Positions 1 through 10,322 of a DNA stretch of 64,000 nt are shown in pieces. The position numbers and the translations under genes are program-made. Origin of the DNA: Lacisediminihabitans sp. GTDB taxonomy: Bacteria; Actinomycetota; Actinomycetes; Actinomycetales; Microbacteriaceae. The DNA is taken from the NCBI RefSeq assembly GCF_036404185.1, contig NZ_DASWPB010000087.1, positions 3,532 to 67,531 on the forward strand, in the 5' to 3' direction. Numbering within the stretch: the first letter of the stretch is position 1; the number at the start of each line of letters is the position of its first letter. The notes under the pieces are model-generated. The model was not told the DNA's origin. It ran no database searches and saw nothing but the letters and a program-made list of their open reading frames with translations.

Positions 1-428
1 GGAAGGGTCGCGTACTGGGCGCGCTCGGTCTGCACCAGGTGGATGAGCTGAACGAGCTCCGAGGCGCTGCCGAGGTCTCCCAGGAACTGATCTCCCTCGA
101 CGGATCCCTGCGGCGGGTCCCCCCGCAGGGCGAGGAAGCTGGTGATCCCCGCATCGAGGAATTCCCGCACCAGTCGATTGGCCTCCAGATGGGACGATCC
201 GACACAGGTGAGGTGGGCCAGCGGATGCACATTCGTCTGCTCGCGAATGTATCGCAGCACCTCCAGCGAGCTCTGACGCGACGAGCCGTTCGCACCGTAC
301 GTGACCGAGATGAAGTCCGGCCCGGTCGCGGCGAGGTGACCGATGGTCTCCCGCAGGCTCACCGCCGCGGCATCCGATCGCGGTGGGAACAGCTCGAACG
401 AGAACGGCAGGCGGCCATCGTTCGTCAT
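1..428 (-). CDS. metF: Methylenetetrahydrofolate reductase, 5' part (runs off left edge)
   Basis: Manual translation of the minus strand from ATG at 428: MTNDGRLPFSFELFPPR...PDFISVTYGA...LAHLTCVG, the MTHFR motifs; GAGGGG RBS upstream. Confidence 0.9.
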   Translation of the reverse strand, partial: MTNDGRLPFSFELFPPRSDAAAVSLRETIGHLAATGPDFISVTYGANGSSRQSSLEVLRYIREQTNVHPLAHLTCVGSSHLEANRLVREFLDAGITSFLALRGDPPQGSVEGDQFLGDLGSASELVQLIHLVQTERAQYATL

Positions 429-622
429 GTCGGTCCCCTCGGAGGTGGCCCGAAACGCTGACGGCCCGATCACGGACCCACAGCGCACCGGGGAAGGCGT
501 GCGGCCCTAAGGCTTCTGTGGGCGGGTGCCGGGCTCGGCTGTCGCTGTACCGCCCGAACATCGGCGGCTCGAAGAATCACCTTAGCAATCGGGACTCGAA
601 AGCGACGGAGTGTTACGCGACC

Positions 623-2152
623 TTACGCCGTCGGCTTCGCCAGCTGCGCCGTGAAGGGGCGCAGGGTGGCCGCGAACTCCTCGTCGACCAGCACGGCGAC
701 GCGAGTGCCCGCCTCCTCGTAGGAGGTCGTGAGGATCCTGCCGCGCTCGTGCAGCGACGAGATCAGCTCCCCGCGGTCGTAGGGGATCAGCAGCTCGAGC
801 TCGACAGAGGGCTTCGGCAGGGCCGTGGCGATGGCGGCGAGCAGTTCCTCGACTCCCTCGCCGGTCCTGGCGGAGACGAAGATCGCGTGCGGCTCGATGC
901 CCCGGAGGACCAGGCGCTGATCCGCGTCGACAAGATCGCTCTTGTTGAAGACGACGATCTCCGGGATGTGCCTGGCCTCGACCTCGCCGATGACGGCGCG
1001 AACCGTCGCGAGCTGGCTGCCCGGGTCGGGATGGGATCCGTCGACCACGTGCAGGATCACGTCCGAATCGGCGATCTCCTCGAAGGTCGAGCGGAACGCC
1101 TCAACGAGCTGGTGGGGCAGGTTGCGCACAAAACCGACCGTGTCGGTCAGGGTGTAGAGCTGACCGTCCTCGGTGAGGTTCTTGCGCACCGCCGTGTCCA
1201 GGGTCGCGAACAGGGCGTTCTCAACGAGGGCCCCCGCCCGTGTGATCCGGTTGAGCAGGGACGACTTACCCGCGTTCGTGTAGCCGGCGATGGCGACGGA
1301 TGGCACGGAGTTACGGTTGCGGTTGGCCCGTTTGGCCTCGCGGGCCGGCTTGAAACCGAGGATCTGCTTGCGCAGCCGGGACATCCGGGTATGGATGCGG
1401 CGGCGGTCGAGCTCGATCTTCGTCTCGCCGGGACCGCGGCTGCCCATTCCGTTGCCCGCGCCGACCTGGCCGCCCGCCTGCCTCGACATCGACTCGCCCC
1501 AGCCGCGCAGGCGGGGAAGCAGGTATTCGAGCTGGGCGAGCTCGACCTGGGCCTTGCCCTCGCGACTCTTCGCGTGCTGGCTGAAGATGTCCAGGATGAC
1601 CGCGGTGCGGTCGATGACCTTGACCTTGACCACGTCCTCGAGCGCCCGACGCTGGCTCGGCGCGAGCTCGCTGTCCACGATGACGGTGTCCGCGCCGGAG
1701 GCGGCGACCACGTCGCGCAGCTCGAGCGCCTTGCCCTTGCCGAAATAGGTGCTCGGGTCCGGGGTGGGACGCCGCTGCAGCAGGCCGTCGAGCACCACCG
1801 CGCCCGCCGTCTCGGCGAGAGCGGACAGCTCACGAAGGGAGTTCTCCGCCTCCACGGCGCCGCCCTGGGGGTAGATGCCGATGAGCACGACCCGCTCCAG
1901 CCTCAGCTGCCGGTACTCGACCTCGGTGACATCCTCGAGCTCGGTGGACAGCCCGGCGACCCGCCTCAGCGCCTGTCGCTCCTCGCGATCGAGCTGGTCT
2001 CCATCGCTCGTGGAGTCGGTGTCGACGGTCTGGAGCGCCTGCGCTCCGCCGCCGGAGAACAGCGTGTATCCGGTCGACCGCGTGGCCGCCCTGGCCAGGA
2101 CGCGGTCGATGATGTCCCCATCCTGGGGTTCCATCGGCTCGGTCTCAATCAT
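623..2152 (-). CDS. hflX: Ribosome-splitting GTPase HflX
   Basis: AQVELAQLEYLLPRL, RGPGETKIELDRRRI, GYTNAGKS, DTVGF, NKSD motifs. Confidence 0.97.
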   Translation of the reverse strand: MIETEPMEPQDGDIIDRVLARAATRSTGYTLFSGGGAQALQTVDTDSTSDGDQLDREERQALRRVAGLSTELEDVTEVEYRQLRLERVVLIGIYPQGGAVEAENSLRELSALAETAGAVVLDGLLQRRPTPDPSTYFGKGKALELRDVVAASGADTVIVDSELAPSQRRALEDVVKVKVIDRTAVILDIFSQHAKSREGKAQVELAQLEYLLPRLRGWGESMSRQAGGQVGAGNGMGSRGPGETKIELDRRRIHTRMSRLRKQILGFKPAREAKRANRNRNSVPSVAIAGYTNAGKSSLLNRITRAGALVENALFATLDTAVRKNLTEDGQLYTLTDTVGFVRNLPHQLVEAFRSTFEEIADSDVILHVVDGSHPDPGSQLATVRAVIGEVEARHIPEIVVFNKSDLVDADQRLVLRGIEPHAIFVSARTGEGVEELLAAIATALPKPSVELELLIPYDRGELISSLHERGRILTTSYEEAGTRVAVLVDEEFAATLRPFTAQLAKPTA

Positions 2153-2193
2153 TTGGTTAACCCTAGCTCCTCGTATTTCGATAGGTTCGGTGC

Positions 2194-2802
2194 ATGGCCA
2201 ATGAGCATTACTTCTCAGAAACTCCCGAGAGTGAGCTCAAACTCCGCACCATTCGTGTGCCGCTCGCCGGTCAGATGTACGAACTCGTCACGGCGAACGG
2301 CATTTTCAGCCCCGAACGGATCGACACCGGCACCCAGGTGCTTCTCGCCCACACTCCCCCGGCTCCTCCCGGAGGCGACCTGCTCGATCTCGGCTGCGGC
2401 TGGGGGCCGATCGCCCTCACCCTCGCCCTGGAATCGCCGCATGCCACCGTGTGGGCGGTCGATGTGAACGAACGAGCACTGGAGCTCGTCCGGCGGAACG
2501 CTCAATCTCTCGGCCTCACCAACATCAACGCCTGCAAGCCCGTTGATGTTCCCGACGACGTGAGTTTCATGTCGATCCGGTCCAATCCACCGATCAGGGT
2601 CGGCAAGGACGAGCTGCACGGCATGCTCGAGCGATGGATCCCGCGGCTGGAGCCGGGCTCCGACGCCTGGCTCGTCGTTCAGCGCAATCTCGGCTCCGAC
2701 TCGCTGCACCGCTGGCTCGAGGGGACCCTTCCCGTCGGCTACACGATCACCCGTGCCGCCACCAACAAGGGTTATCGCGTGCTCAAGGTCAAACGGCGCT
2801 AG
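2194..2802 (+). CDS. Class I SAM-dependent methyltransferase (RsmC/MTS-like)
   Basis: LDLGCGWGPI SAM motif, SNPPIRVGK, N-terminal EHYFS. Confidence 0.9.
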   Translation: MANEHYFSETPESELKLRTIRVPLAGQMYELVTANGIFSPERIDTGTQVLLAHTPPAPPGGDLLDLGCGWGPIALTLALESPHATVWAVDVNERALELVRRNAQSLGLTNINACKPVDVPDDVSFMSIRSNPPIRVGKDELHGMLERWIPRLEPGSDAWLVVQRNLGSDSLHRWLEGTLPVGYTITRAATNKGYRVLKVKRR

Positions 2803-2806
2803 GGCC

Positions 2807-3682
2807 TCAGATGGTCAGGTCGCCCTCGAAGACGAGGTCGGCCGGCCCGCTCAGCGAGACGTGCTCTCCGTCCTCCGCCGCCCACATCCGGACGCCGAGC
2901 GTGCCGCCGGGAACCTCCACCCGCCACTGGTTGGGGGCGCCGTCCCCTGCCCAGTACCTGGTCGCGAGGGCAGCGGCAGCCGCGCCCGTTCCGCAGGACA
3001 GGGTCTCGCCGCTGCCCCGCTCGTGCACGCGCATCCGGATGCGGCCGATCCCGTCCTTCACCAGCGGATCAGCCGGAACGACGAACTCCACGTTCGCGCC
3101 GTTCGGCGCCTCCGGCTCGAGGACGGGGATGAAGGTCAGGTCGGCGGAGTCCAGCTCCTCGTCGGTCGACAGCGCGACGACGACGTGGGGGTTGCCGACC
3201 TCGATTCCGAGGCCTGGCCGTGCCACCTGCAGGTTCTTGGCCCGGACGAGCGGCTCTCCCCCTGACAGCGACCAGCGACCGAGGTCGACCTGGAACCCGG
3301 ATGCGTTGCGCTGCACGTCCCGCACACCCCCGCGGGTGCCGATGGCGAGGGTGCCGCCGCCGTCGAGCTCGACGAGCCCGTTCTCGATGAGGAACCTGGC
3401 GTAGACCCTGATGCCGTTGCCGCACATCTCCGCGGGCGAGCCGTCGGCGTTGTGATAGTCCATGAACCACTCCGCCGCGTCGTCCTCGTCAAGGACGGCC
3501 GCCCCGGCCTCGAGGTTCGCGGAGCGGACCGCACGGATGACGCCGTCTCCGCCCACGCCGAAGTGCCGATCGGCGATGGCGGCGAGCTGCACGGGCGACA
3601 GGTTAACCTCGCCGTCCGGATCGGCAAAGAGCACGAAGTCGTTGCCGGTCCCGTGTCCCTTGGTGAAGTGCAGTTCAGGCAT
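2807..3682 (-). CDS. dapF: Diaminopimelate epimerase
   Basis: [35 protein letters not shown]. Confidence 0.97.
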   Translation of the reverse strand: MPELHFTKGHGTGNDFVLFADPDGEVNLSPVQLAAIADRHFGVGGDGVIRAVRSANLEAGAAVLDEDDAAEWFMDYHNADGSPAEMCGNGIRVYARFLIENGLVELDGGGTLAIGTRGGVRDVQRNASGFQVDLGRWSLSGGEPLVRAKNLQVARPGLGIEVGNPHVVVALSTDEELDSADLTFIPVLEPEAPNGANVEFVVPADPLVKDGIGRIRMRVHERGSGETLSCGTGAAAAALATRYWAGDGAPNQWRVEVPGGTLGVRMWAAEDGEHVSLSGPADLVFEGDLTI

Positions 3683-4604
3683 GGTTCAAGAGTAGTTGCA
3701 GCGCGGACTCCACCCTGGTCGGATCGTCGTGGTCGAACCAGGTCGTTCGCGGATACCGTCTGAACCACCCCACCTGACGTCTGGCGTATTTACGGGTGAG
3801 CGCGGCGGTCTCGCCGATCGCCTCCGCCCGCGACAGCTCACCGGTCAGGTGCGCGATCGCCTGCGCGTACCCGATTGCCCTCGCGGCCGTCACGCCGAGG
3901 CCCTTCCCCATGAGCGCCCGGACCTCGTCGAGCAGGCCGTCTGCCCACATCCGCTCGACTCTGGCATCGAGCCGCGCCACGAGTCGATCGCGGGGCGCGA
4001 CGAGGCCGAGGACGGTGGCCGGCGTCCACGGGCGCGACTCCGCCGGCAGCCCCGCGCCGAAGGGGCGGCCGGTGATCTCCACCACCTCGAGCGCCCTGAC
4101 GATGCGGCGGCCGTTGTGCGGACCGATCGCCTGGGCCGCCTCCGGGTCGACCTCGCGCAGCCGGGCGAAGAGTCCATCGGGGCCGGACGAGAGGAGTTCC
4201 GCCTCGAGTCGCTGCCGCACGACCTGGTCGGTGCCGGGAAAACGGAAGTCGAAGAGCACGGAGGAGACGTAGAGGCCGGAGCCGCCGACCAGGATCGGCA
4301 TCGCGCCGCGCCCCTGGACATCGAGGATCGCGGATCGTGCCGCCTCCTGATAGGCGGCGACGCTCGCCTCGTCGGTCGGATCCAGCACGTCGATCAGGTG
4401 GTGCGGTATCCCCCGCCGCGCCGCGACCGGCAGCTTCGCTGTGCCGATGTCCATGCCGCGATAGAGCTGCATCGCGTCGGCGTTGACGATCTCCGCCCGC
4501 AGGCCGCTCGCCGCGAGTGCGCCGGCCAGGTCCAGCGAGAAGTCCGACTTGCCCGTGCCCGTGGCACCGACAACGGCGACGAGCTCCGGCTCAGCGCTGC
4601 CCAT
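3675..4604 (-). CDS. miaA: tRNA dimethylallyltransferase
   Basis: [11 protein letters not shown]-loop, [23 protein letters not shown]; start placed at ATG 4604 overlapping the miaB stop region. Confidence 0.95.
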   Translation of the reverse strand: MGSAEPELVAVVGATGTGKSDFSLDLAGALAASGLRAEIVNADAMQLYRGMDIGTAKLPVAARRGIPHHLIDVLDPTDEASVAAYQEAARSAILDVQGRGAMPILVGGSGLYVSSVLFDFRFPGTDQVVRQRLEAELLSSGPDGLFARLREVDPEAAQAIGPHNGRRIVRALEVVEITGRPFGAGLPAESRPWTPATVLGLVAPRDRLVARLDARVERMWADGLLDEVRALMGKGLGVTAARAIGYAQAIAHLTGELSRAEAIGETAALTRKYARRQVGWFRRYPRTTWFDHDDPTRVESALQLLLNHA

Positions 4605-6138
4605 CGTTCGGATCGTAGATGGGCGTGGTGACAGAGCGAAGCGTCGGCAGGCCGAGCGAGACCCTGGCCGGCGTGGAGCCCGCGGCCGCCTCGGGGACGG
4701 CGCAGGATGCCGCCTCCGCGCGGTCCCAGGCATCACCCGCCGTCGTGCGGCGCACGCGCAGCGGTGCACCGTCGACGGAATCGGCCAGCAGATAGAAGGG
4801 CTTGGCCTCGCTGATCCGCACCGTGACGACGTCGCCCGGCCGCGGGGTCTCGCTGTGCGGTGGTACCTCGAAGTGCACGAGACGGCTGTCCTCTGCCCGG
4901 CCGGACAGACGATGCGTGTCGGAGTCCTTGGACCCCTCCGCCCCGACCAACACGGCGACCTCCGTGCCGACGAGCGCACGGTTCTCCTCCCAGGAGATTC
5001 GATCCTGCAGCGCGACCAGGCGCTCGTAGCGTTCCTGGACCACCGCCTTCGGCACCTGATCGGCCATGGTCGCGGCAGGGGTGCCCTCGCGGATCGAATA
5101 CTGGAACGTGAAGGCGGACGCGAAGCGGGCCAGCTCGACGACACGGAGGGTCTCCTGGAAGTCCTCCTCCGTCTCGCCGGGGAAGCCGACGATGATGTCG
5201 GTTGAGATGGCGGCGTGCGGGATCTTCGCCCGCACCCGGTCGAGGATCCCGAGGAACTTCTCCGAACGGTAACTGCGTCGCATGGCCTTGAGGATTCGAT
5301 CCGACCCGGACTGCAGCGGCATGTGCAGCTGCGGCATGACGGAGGGAGTCTCGGCCATCGCGTCGATCACGTCGTCGGTGAAGGCGGCCGGATGAGGGCT
5401 GGTGAACCGGATGCGTTCGAGGCCGGCGATCTCGCCCGCCGCCCGCAGCAGTTTGCCGAAGGCGTGCCGGTCGCCGAACTCGACGCCGTACGAGTTCACG
5501 TTCTGGCCGAGCAGCGTGACCTCAACGGCGCCGTCGTCGACCAGCGCCTGGATCTCCGCCAGGATGTCTCCCGGCCGCCTGTCCTTCTCCTTGCCGCGCA
5601 GGGAGGGGACGATGCAGAAGGTGCAGGTGTTGTTGCAGCCGACCGAGATCGACACCCACCCGCTGTAGGTGGACTCGCGCCGGGTGGGAAGAGTGGAGGG
5701 GAACACCTCGAGGGACTCGAGGATCTCGAGCTGGGCCTCGCCGTTGTGCCGCGCCCGCTCCAAGAGGGCGGGGAGCGAGCCCATGTTGTGCGTGCCGAAG
5801 ACCACGTCCACCCAGGGCGCCTTCTCCAGGATGACGTTTTTGTCCTTCTGGGCGAGGCAGCCGCCGACCGCGATCTGCATGCCCTCGTGCTCCTTCTTCA
5901 CCGAGGCGAGGTATCCGAGGTTGCCGTAGAGCTTGTTGTCGGCGTTCTCCCGCACCGCGCAGGTGTTGATGACAACGACATCGGCCCGATCGCCGCCAGC
6001 GCGCACGTAGCCGGCCGCCTCCAGCGAGCCGCTGAGCCGCTCGGAGTCGTGAACGTTCATCTGGCAGCCGAAGGTGCGCACCTCATAGGTGCGAACCCGA
6101 TCCTGGGTCTCGGTGTGAATGGCAGCGGTCATGGTCAT
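4591..6138 (-). CDS. miaB: tRNA methylthiotransferase MiaB (radical SAM)
   Basis: [22 protein letters not shown] radical-SAM motif, [11 protein letters not shown]. Confidence 0.97.
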   Translation of the reverse strand: MTMTAAIHTETQDRVRTYEVRTFGCQMNVHDSERLSGSLEAAGYVRAGGDRADVVVINTCAVRENADNKLYGNLGYLASVKKEHEGMQIAVGGCLAQKDKNVILEKAPWVDVVFGTHNMGSLPALLERARHNGEAQLEILESLEVFPSTLPTRRESTYSGWVSISVGCNNTCTFCIVPSLRGKEKDRRPGDILAEIQALVDDGAVEVTLLGQNVNSYGVEFGDRHAFGKLLRAAGEIAGLERIRFTSPHPAAFTDDVIDAMAETPSVMPQLHMPLQSGSDRILKAMRRSYRSEKFLGILDRVRAKIPHAAISTDIIVGFPGETEEDFQETLRVVELARFASAFTFQYSIREGTPAATMADQVPKAVVQERYERLVALQDRISWEENRALVGTEVAVLVGAEGSKDSDTHRLSGRAEDSRLVHFEVPPHSETPRPGDVVTVRISEAKPFYLLADSVDGAPLRVRRTTAGDAWDRAEAASCAVPEAAAGSTPARVSLGLPTLRSVTTPIYDPNDGQR

Positions 6139-6196
6139 GATCCGCCAAGCCTAACGCGCGGAATCGGTGCTTCCCCAAGCGGGCGAGGGGCGCCGA

Positions 6197-6886
6197 TCAC
6201 CGAAATTGCACACCCGTCGTCCGTGCCGAGAGCGCCTCGGCGAGCGCGATCCGCACGACGCTCGAGGAGTAGCCCTTGCGCATGAGGAAACCGCTCAGGC
6301 GGCGCTTCGCCGTCTCCAGATCGTAAGAGCTCAGCTGACCCGCCCGCTTGATCGCGAGTTCGTTCGCCCGGGTCTGTTCGTCGTCGTCGTCGACCTGCTC
6401 GAGCGCCCTCTCGATGTGCACCTGGTCGATGTGCCTCCTCCGGAGCTCCGCGCTGAGGGCGCTCCGGCCGAGCCCCTTGCGCTCGTGCTGGGTGCGGACG
6501 AGGGTCTCCGCCAGGGCGGCATCGTCGATCAGACCGACACCCTCCAGCCGATCGAGCTCCGCCTCGACGACCCCCGCGTCGAACTCGCGGTCGAGCAGCA
6601 CCTTCTCGAGCTCCCAGCGGGACATGCCGCGCCTGGTCAGCGCATGCATGCTGACATTCTCGGCGCTGATCTCTCGCCTGCCCCTCGCCGCAGAGCGGTC
6701 GCCCTCCGTCTCCCCCCGCTCCGGTCGACCGGATGCCCCGGTACCGTCCACGACGCCGTCCGCGGCGTCGCTCTCGCCGAAGAAGGTCGCGAAATCGGGT
6801 GCTGCGACGCGCCGAACGGGCTCCGGCGAGGGCGGAACGACCCCCGGCAGGTAGGTGACCTTGGCCAGTCCGTCGCCGGAGCCCAT
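6197..6886 (-). CDS. recX: Regulatory protein RecX
   Basis: Directly downstream of recA; GLIDDAALAE, KGLGRSAL..EL, RRLSGFLMRKGY. Confidence 0.92.
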   Translation of the reverse strand: MGSGDGLAKVTYLPGVVPPSPEPVRRVAAPDFATFFGESDAADGVVDGTGASGRPERGETEGDRSAARGRREISAENVSMHALTRRGMSRWELEKVLLDREFDAGVVEAELDRLEGVGLIDDAALAETLVRTQHERKGLGRSALSAELRRRHIDQVHIERALEQVDDDDEQTRANELAIKRAGQLSSYDLETAKRRLSGFLMRKGYSSSVVRIALAEALSARTTGVQFR

Positions 6887-6889
6887 CGA

Positions 6890-8035
<1,146 letters not shown>

Positions 8036-8161
8036 GTGATGCTCCTTCGTGGGTTGTGCGATGGTGCGCCTATAGGCTGCCGTTTCGTTCGAAAAACCGA
8101 TCCTGCAAGGTTCGTTCGACCTGCGACAAGGCTTTGTTGGCGGCTTGTTCCAACGAATCCG

Positions 8162-8183
8162 ACAGTACGCTCGGCCGGTGACA
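8162..8183 (-). promoter_or_regulatory. RecA-NDp/PafBC-type DNA-damage promoter of recA
   Basis: Minus strand TGTCAC-N10-TACTGT, close to the mycobacterial TGTCRG-N10-TANNNT motif. Confidence 0.6.
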
Positions 8184-8255
8184 TCCCAGGAGAAGACCGC
8201 CCGTACTGTGCGGAACTCGTCGGTTCCCGCCGCTGTGAAGGAGCCTACGCGCATC

Positions 8256-8269
8256 CGAAGACATGTTCG
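8256..8269. promoter_or_regulatory. LexA (SOS) box upstream of recA
   Basis: CGAAG-ACAT-GTTCG, one mismatch to CGAAC-N4-GTTCG; next to a minus-strand TAGGCT -10 at 8242-8247. Confidence 0.7.
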
Positions 8270-8322
8270 AATGTTTGATCACGGCGTGTCGGGTCGATTC
8301 GAATCCCTCGCTCGGCGACGGC

Positions 8323-8547
8323 TCAGCGCTTCGGCGCCTTCTGCCCCGCGCCGTACCATCGGCTCTCCGGCACGTCCGTCGCCCGGCAGAGCGCCAGCCA
8401 GGTGGCGCGGATGTTGAGCCCCCGCTCGAGAGCCTGTTCCGCGGTGAGGTCGCCGAGCTCGCCGAGCACGAGGTCGTGAGTGAGCGCGCGACCGTACTGC
8501 AGGCCGAATTCCTCGGTCACCGCCGTCCAAAACTCGCTGAGACGCAT
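8323..8547 (-). CDS. DUF3046 family protein
   Basis: MRLSEFW...EEFG..YG...DLVL.ELG..TAEQALERG...W.ALC; usual position upstream of actinobacterial recA. Confidence 0.9.
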   Translation of the reverse strand: MRLSEFWTAVTEEFGLQYGRALTHDLVLGELGDLTAEQALERGLNIRATWLALCRATDVPESRWYGAGQKAPKR

Positions 8548-8608
8548 GATTCCAATCTAACCGCGGGTGGTCCGCACCAGAGGCGACCGGCGGCACGCCG
8601 AGACGGAA

Positions 8609-8636
8609 GATGCCCGGCTCTTTCGAGCCGGGCATC
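8609..8636 (-). terminator. Hairpin terminator after the clgR-like gene
   Basis: Perfect 12-bp inverted repeat GATGCCCGGCTC-tttc-GAGCCGGGCATC. Confidence 0.7.
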
Positions 8637-8675
8637 CGTTCTCGACCGGCACACCGTCCGGGTCGAGCCAAGTCG

Positions 8676-8984
8676 TTAGCGGGTGACGAGACCCGCGTCG
8701 AAGTCCGCGACGAGGTCGTCGGGGACGGTGTCGGGAATGACGTTGATCCCTTCGATCACCGCGAGGCGGTCGCCCACTTCACGCATGATCACCGAGATCG
8801 GTGTTTCGAGTGCATCCGCAACCGAGGCGAGGATCTCGGAACTGGCCTCTTTCTGACCACGCTCCACCTCGCTGAGGTAGCCGAGAGCAACACTCGCCTT
8901 GCTCGCGACCTGACGAAGGGTACGACCCTTCTGCAGGCGGAAGTCCCGGAGCACGTCACCGATTTCTTGACGAACTAGAACCAT
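8676..8984 (-). CDS. clgR: XRE-family HTH regulator, ClgR-like
   Basis: IGDVLRDFRLQKGRTLRQV...LGYLSEVERGQKEASSE; cinA-clgR synteny; AAGGAGGAGG RBS. Confidence 0.85.
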   Translation of the reverse strand: MVLVRQEIGDVLRDFRLQKGRTLRQVASKASVALGYLSEVERGQKEASSEILASVADALETPISVIMREVGDRLAVIEGINVIPDTVPDDLVADFDAGLVTR

Positions 8985-9121
8985 TGGACCCTCCTCCTTT
9001 GAAACGACCATACGACGCGACCTTCTGGGCTGAACACCCGATGGTCGAGCAACAGTACAACCACCGATCTCCAAACTCTAATCAGCCACATCTGTATGAC
9101 GCTTGTGAATCACTTCCTTGT

Positions 9122-9148
9122 AACGAGATCGAAACGAGAAAGATTCCC
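9122..9148 (-). promoter_or_regulatory. SigH/SigE(SigR)-type ECF promoter of clgR
   Basis: Minus strand GGGAAT-N17-CGTT. Confidence 0.7.
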
Positions 9149-9155
9149 GGCCGAC

Positions 9156-9659
9156 TCACTCGCCCGCGTTCAGTGCTTCCTTCAGCCGCCTCAGCGCCTC
9201 GGAGACCGAGGCGGAACGGATCCGCTGCCGGTCGCCGGCCAGCTCGAGCCGTGCCGACCACACCGTCGAGCCCATCGCGAAACCGAGGAACACCGTCCCG
9301 GCGGGATGTCCGTCCTGCGGCCCAGGACCGGCGACACCGGTCGTGGAGATCCCGATGTCCGCGTCCCGTCCCCCGACGGCGAGGGCTCCGCGGACTCCCG
9401 TCGCCATCCGTCTGGCGACCTCCGGATGCACGGGGCCGTGTTCGGCGAGGAGCCCGGCATCGACCCCCAGCAACCGGCTCTTCAGCTCGGTGTTGTAGGC
9501 GACGACTCCGCCGAGGACGACGACGGACGCACCGGGCACCCCGATGAGCTCCGCGACGAGCAGGCCGCCGGTGAGCGATTCCGCGACGGCCACCGTGAGC
9601 CGCCGCTCGGTGAGGATCGCGATCAGGTCCCTCGCGTCATCCGTCGGCGCGGCAGCCAC
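9156..9659 (-). CDS. cinA: CinA C-terminal family nicotinamide-nucleotide amidase
   Basis: VAVAESLTGG, GGVVAY, STTGVAGP motifs. Confidence 0.9.
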   Translation of the reverse strand: MAAAPTDDARDLIAILTERRLTVAVAESLTGGLLVAELIGVPGASVVVLGGVVAYNTELKSRLLGVDAGLLAEHGPVHPEVARRMATGVRGALAVGGRDADIGISTTGVAGPGPQDGHPAGTVFLGFAMGSTVWSARLELAGDRQRIRSASVSEALRRLKEALNAGE

Positions 9660-9662
9660 GGT

Positions 9663-10319
9663 TCAGGCCTGCTGGCGGTTCTGCCGGAGGTACTTGACGA
9701 AGAAGTCGACGCCGGACACCACGGTGAGGATCACGGCGAGGCCCATGACGACCCAGCCGACCCAGAGCTCCCACGTGCCCAGCAGATCCCAGAACGGGAA
9801 GAGCAGGAGCGAGATCCCGACGGCCTGGAGCACCGTCTTGAGCTTGCCGCTGGCCACCGCGGGGATCACGCTGCGCCGGATGACGATGAAGCGGAAGATC
9901 GTGATGCCGAACTCGCGGACGAGGATGAGGATCGTCACCCACCACCACAGCTCGCCGAGGATGGACAGCGCGACGATCGCCCCGCCGATGAGCACCTTGT
10001 CAGCGATGGGGTCGAGGATCTTGCCGAAGTCGGTGACGAGGTTCTGGCGCCTGGCCAGGATGCCGTCCACGGTGTCGGTGACGATGGCGACGACGAAGAG
10101 GGCGGCGGCGACGTACCGCAGCGGGCCGAGCCTGCCGTCGTCGGCAAGCAGCAGCCAGATGAAGGCGGGGGCCATGAAGATGCGGACCACCGTGACGATG
10201 TTGGCAACGTTGCCGGTGCTCGCCGGGGTGTCACCGGAACGGGCGACCCGACCACGCATCGGGTTGGTTCGTTTGGCCGGTTCGCGGCGCGCGGGCTCAA
10301 GCGGCTCAGGCACTGCCAC
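9663..10319 (-). CDS. pgsA: CDP-diacylglycerol--glycerol-3-phosphate 3-phosphatidyltransferase
   Basis: DTVDGILARR...TDFGKILDPIADK motif; start codon uncertain. Confidence 0.93.
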   Translation of the reverse strand: MAVPEPLEPARREPAKRTNPMRGRVARSGDTPASTGNVANIVTVVRIFMAPAFIWLLLADDGRLGPLRYVAAALFVVAIVTDTVDGILARRQNLVTDFGKILDPIADKVLIGGAIVALSILGELWWWVTILILVREFGITIFRFIVIRRSVIPAVASGKLKTVLQAVGISLLLFPFWDLLGTWELWVGWVVMGLAVILTVVSGVDFFVKYLRQNRQQA

Positions 10320-10322
10320 GAA

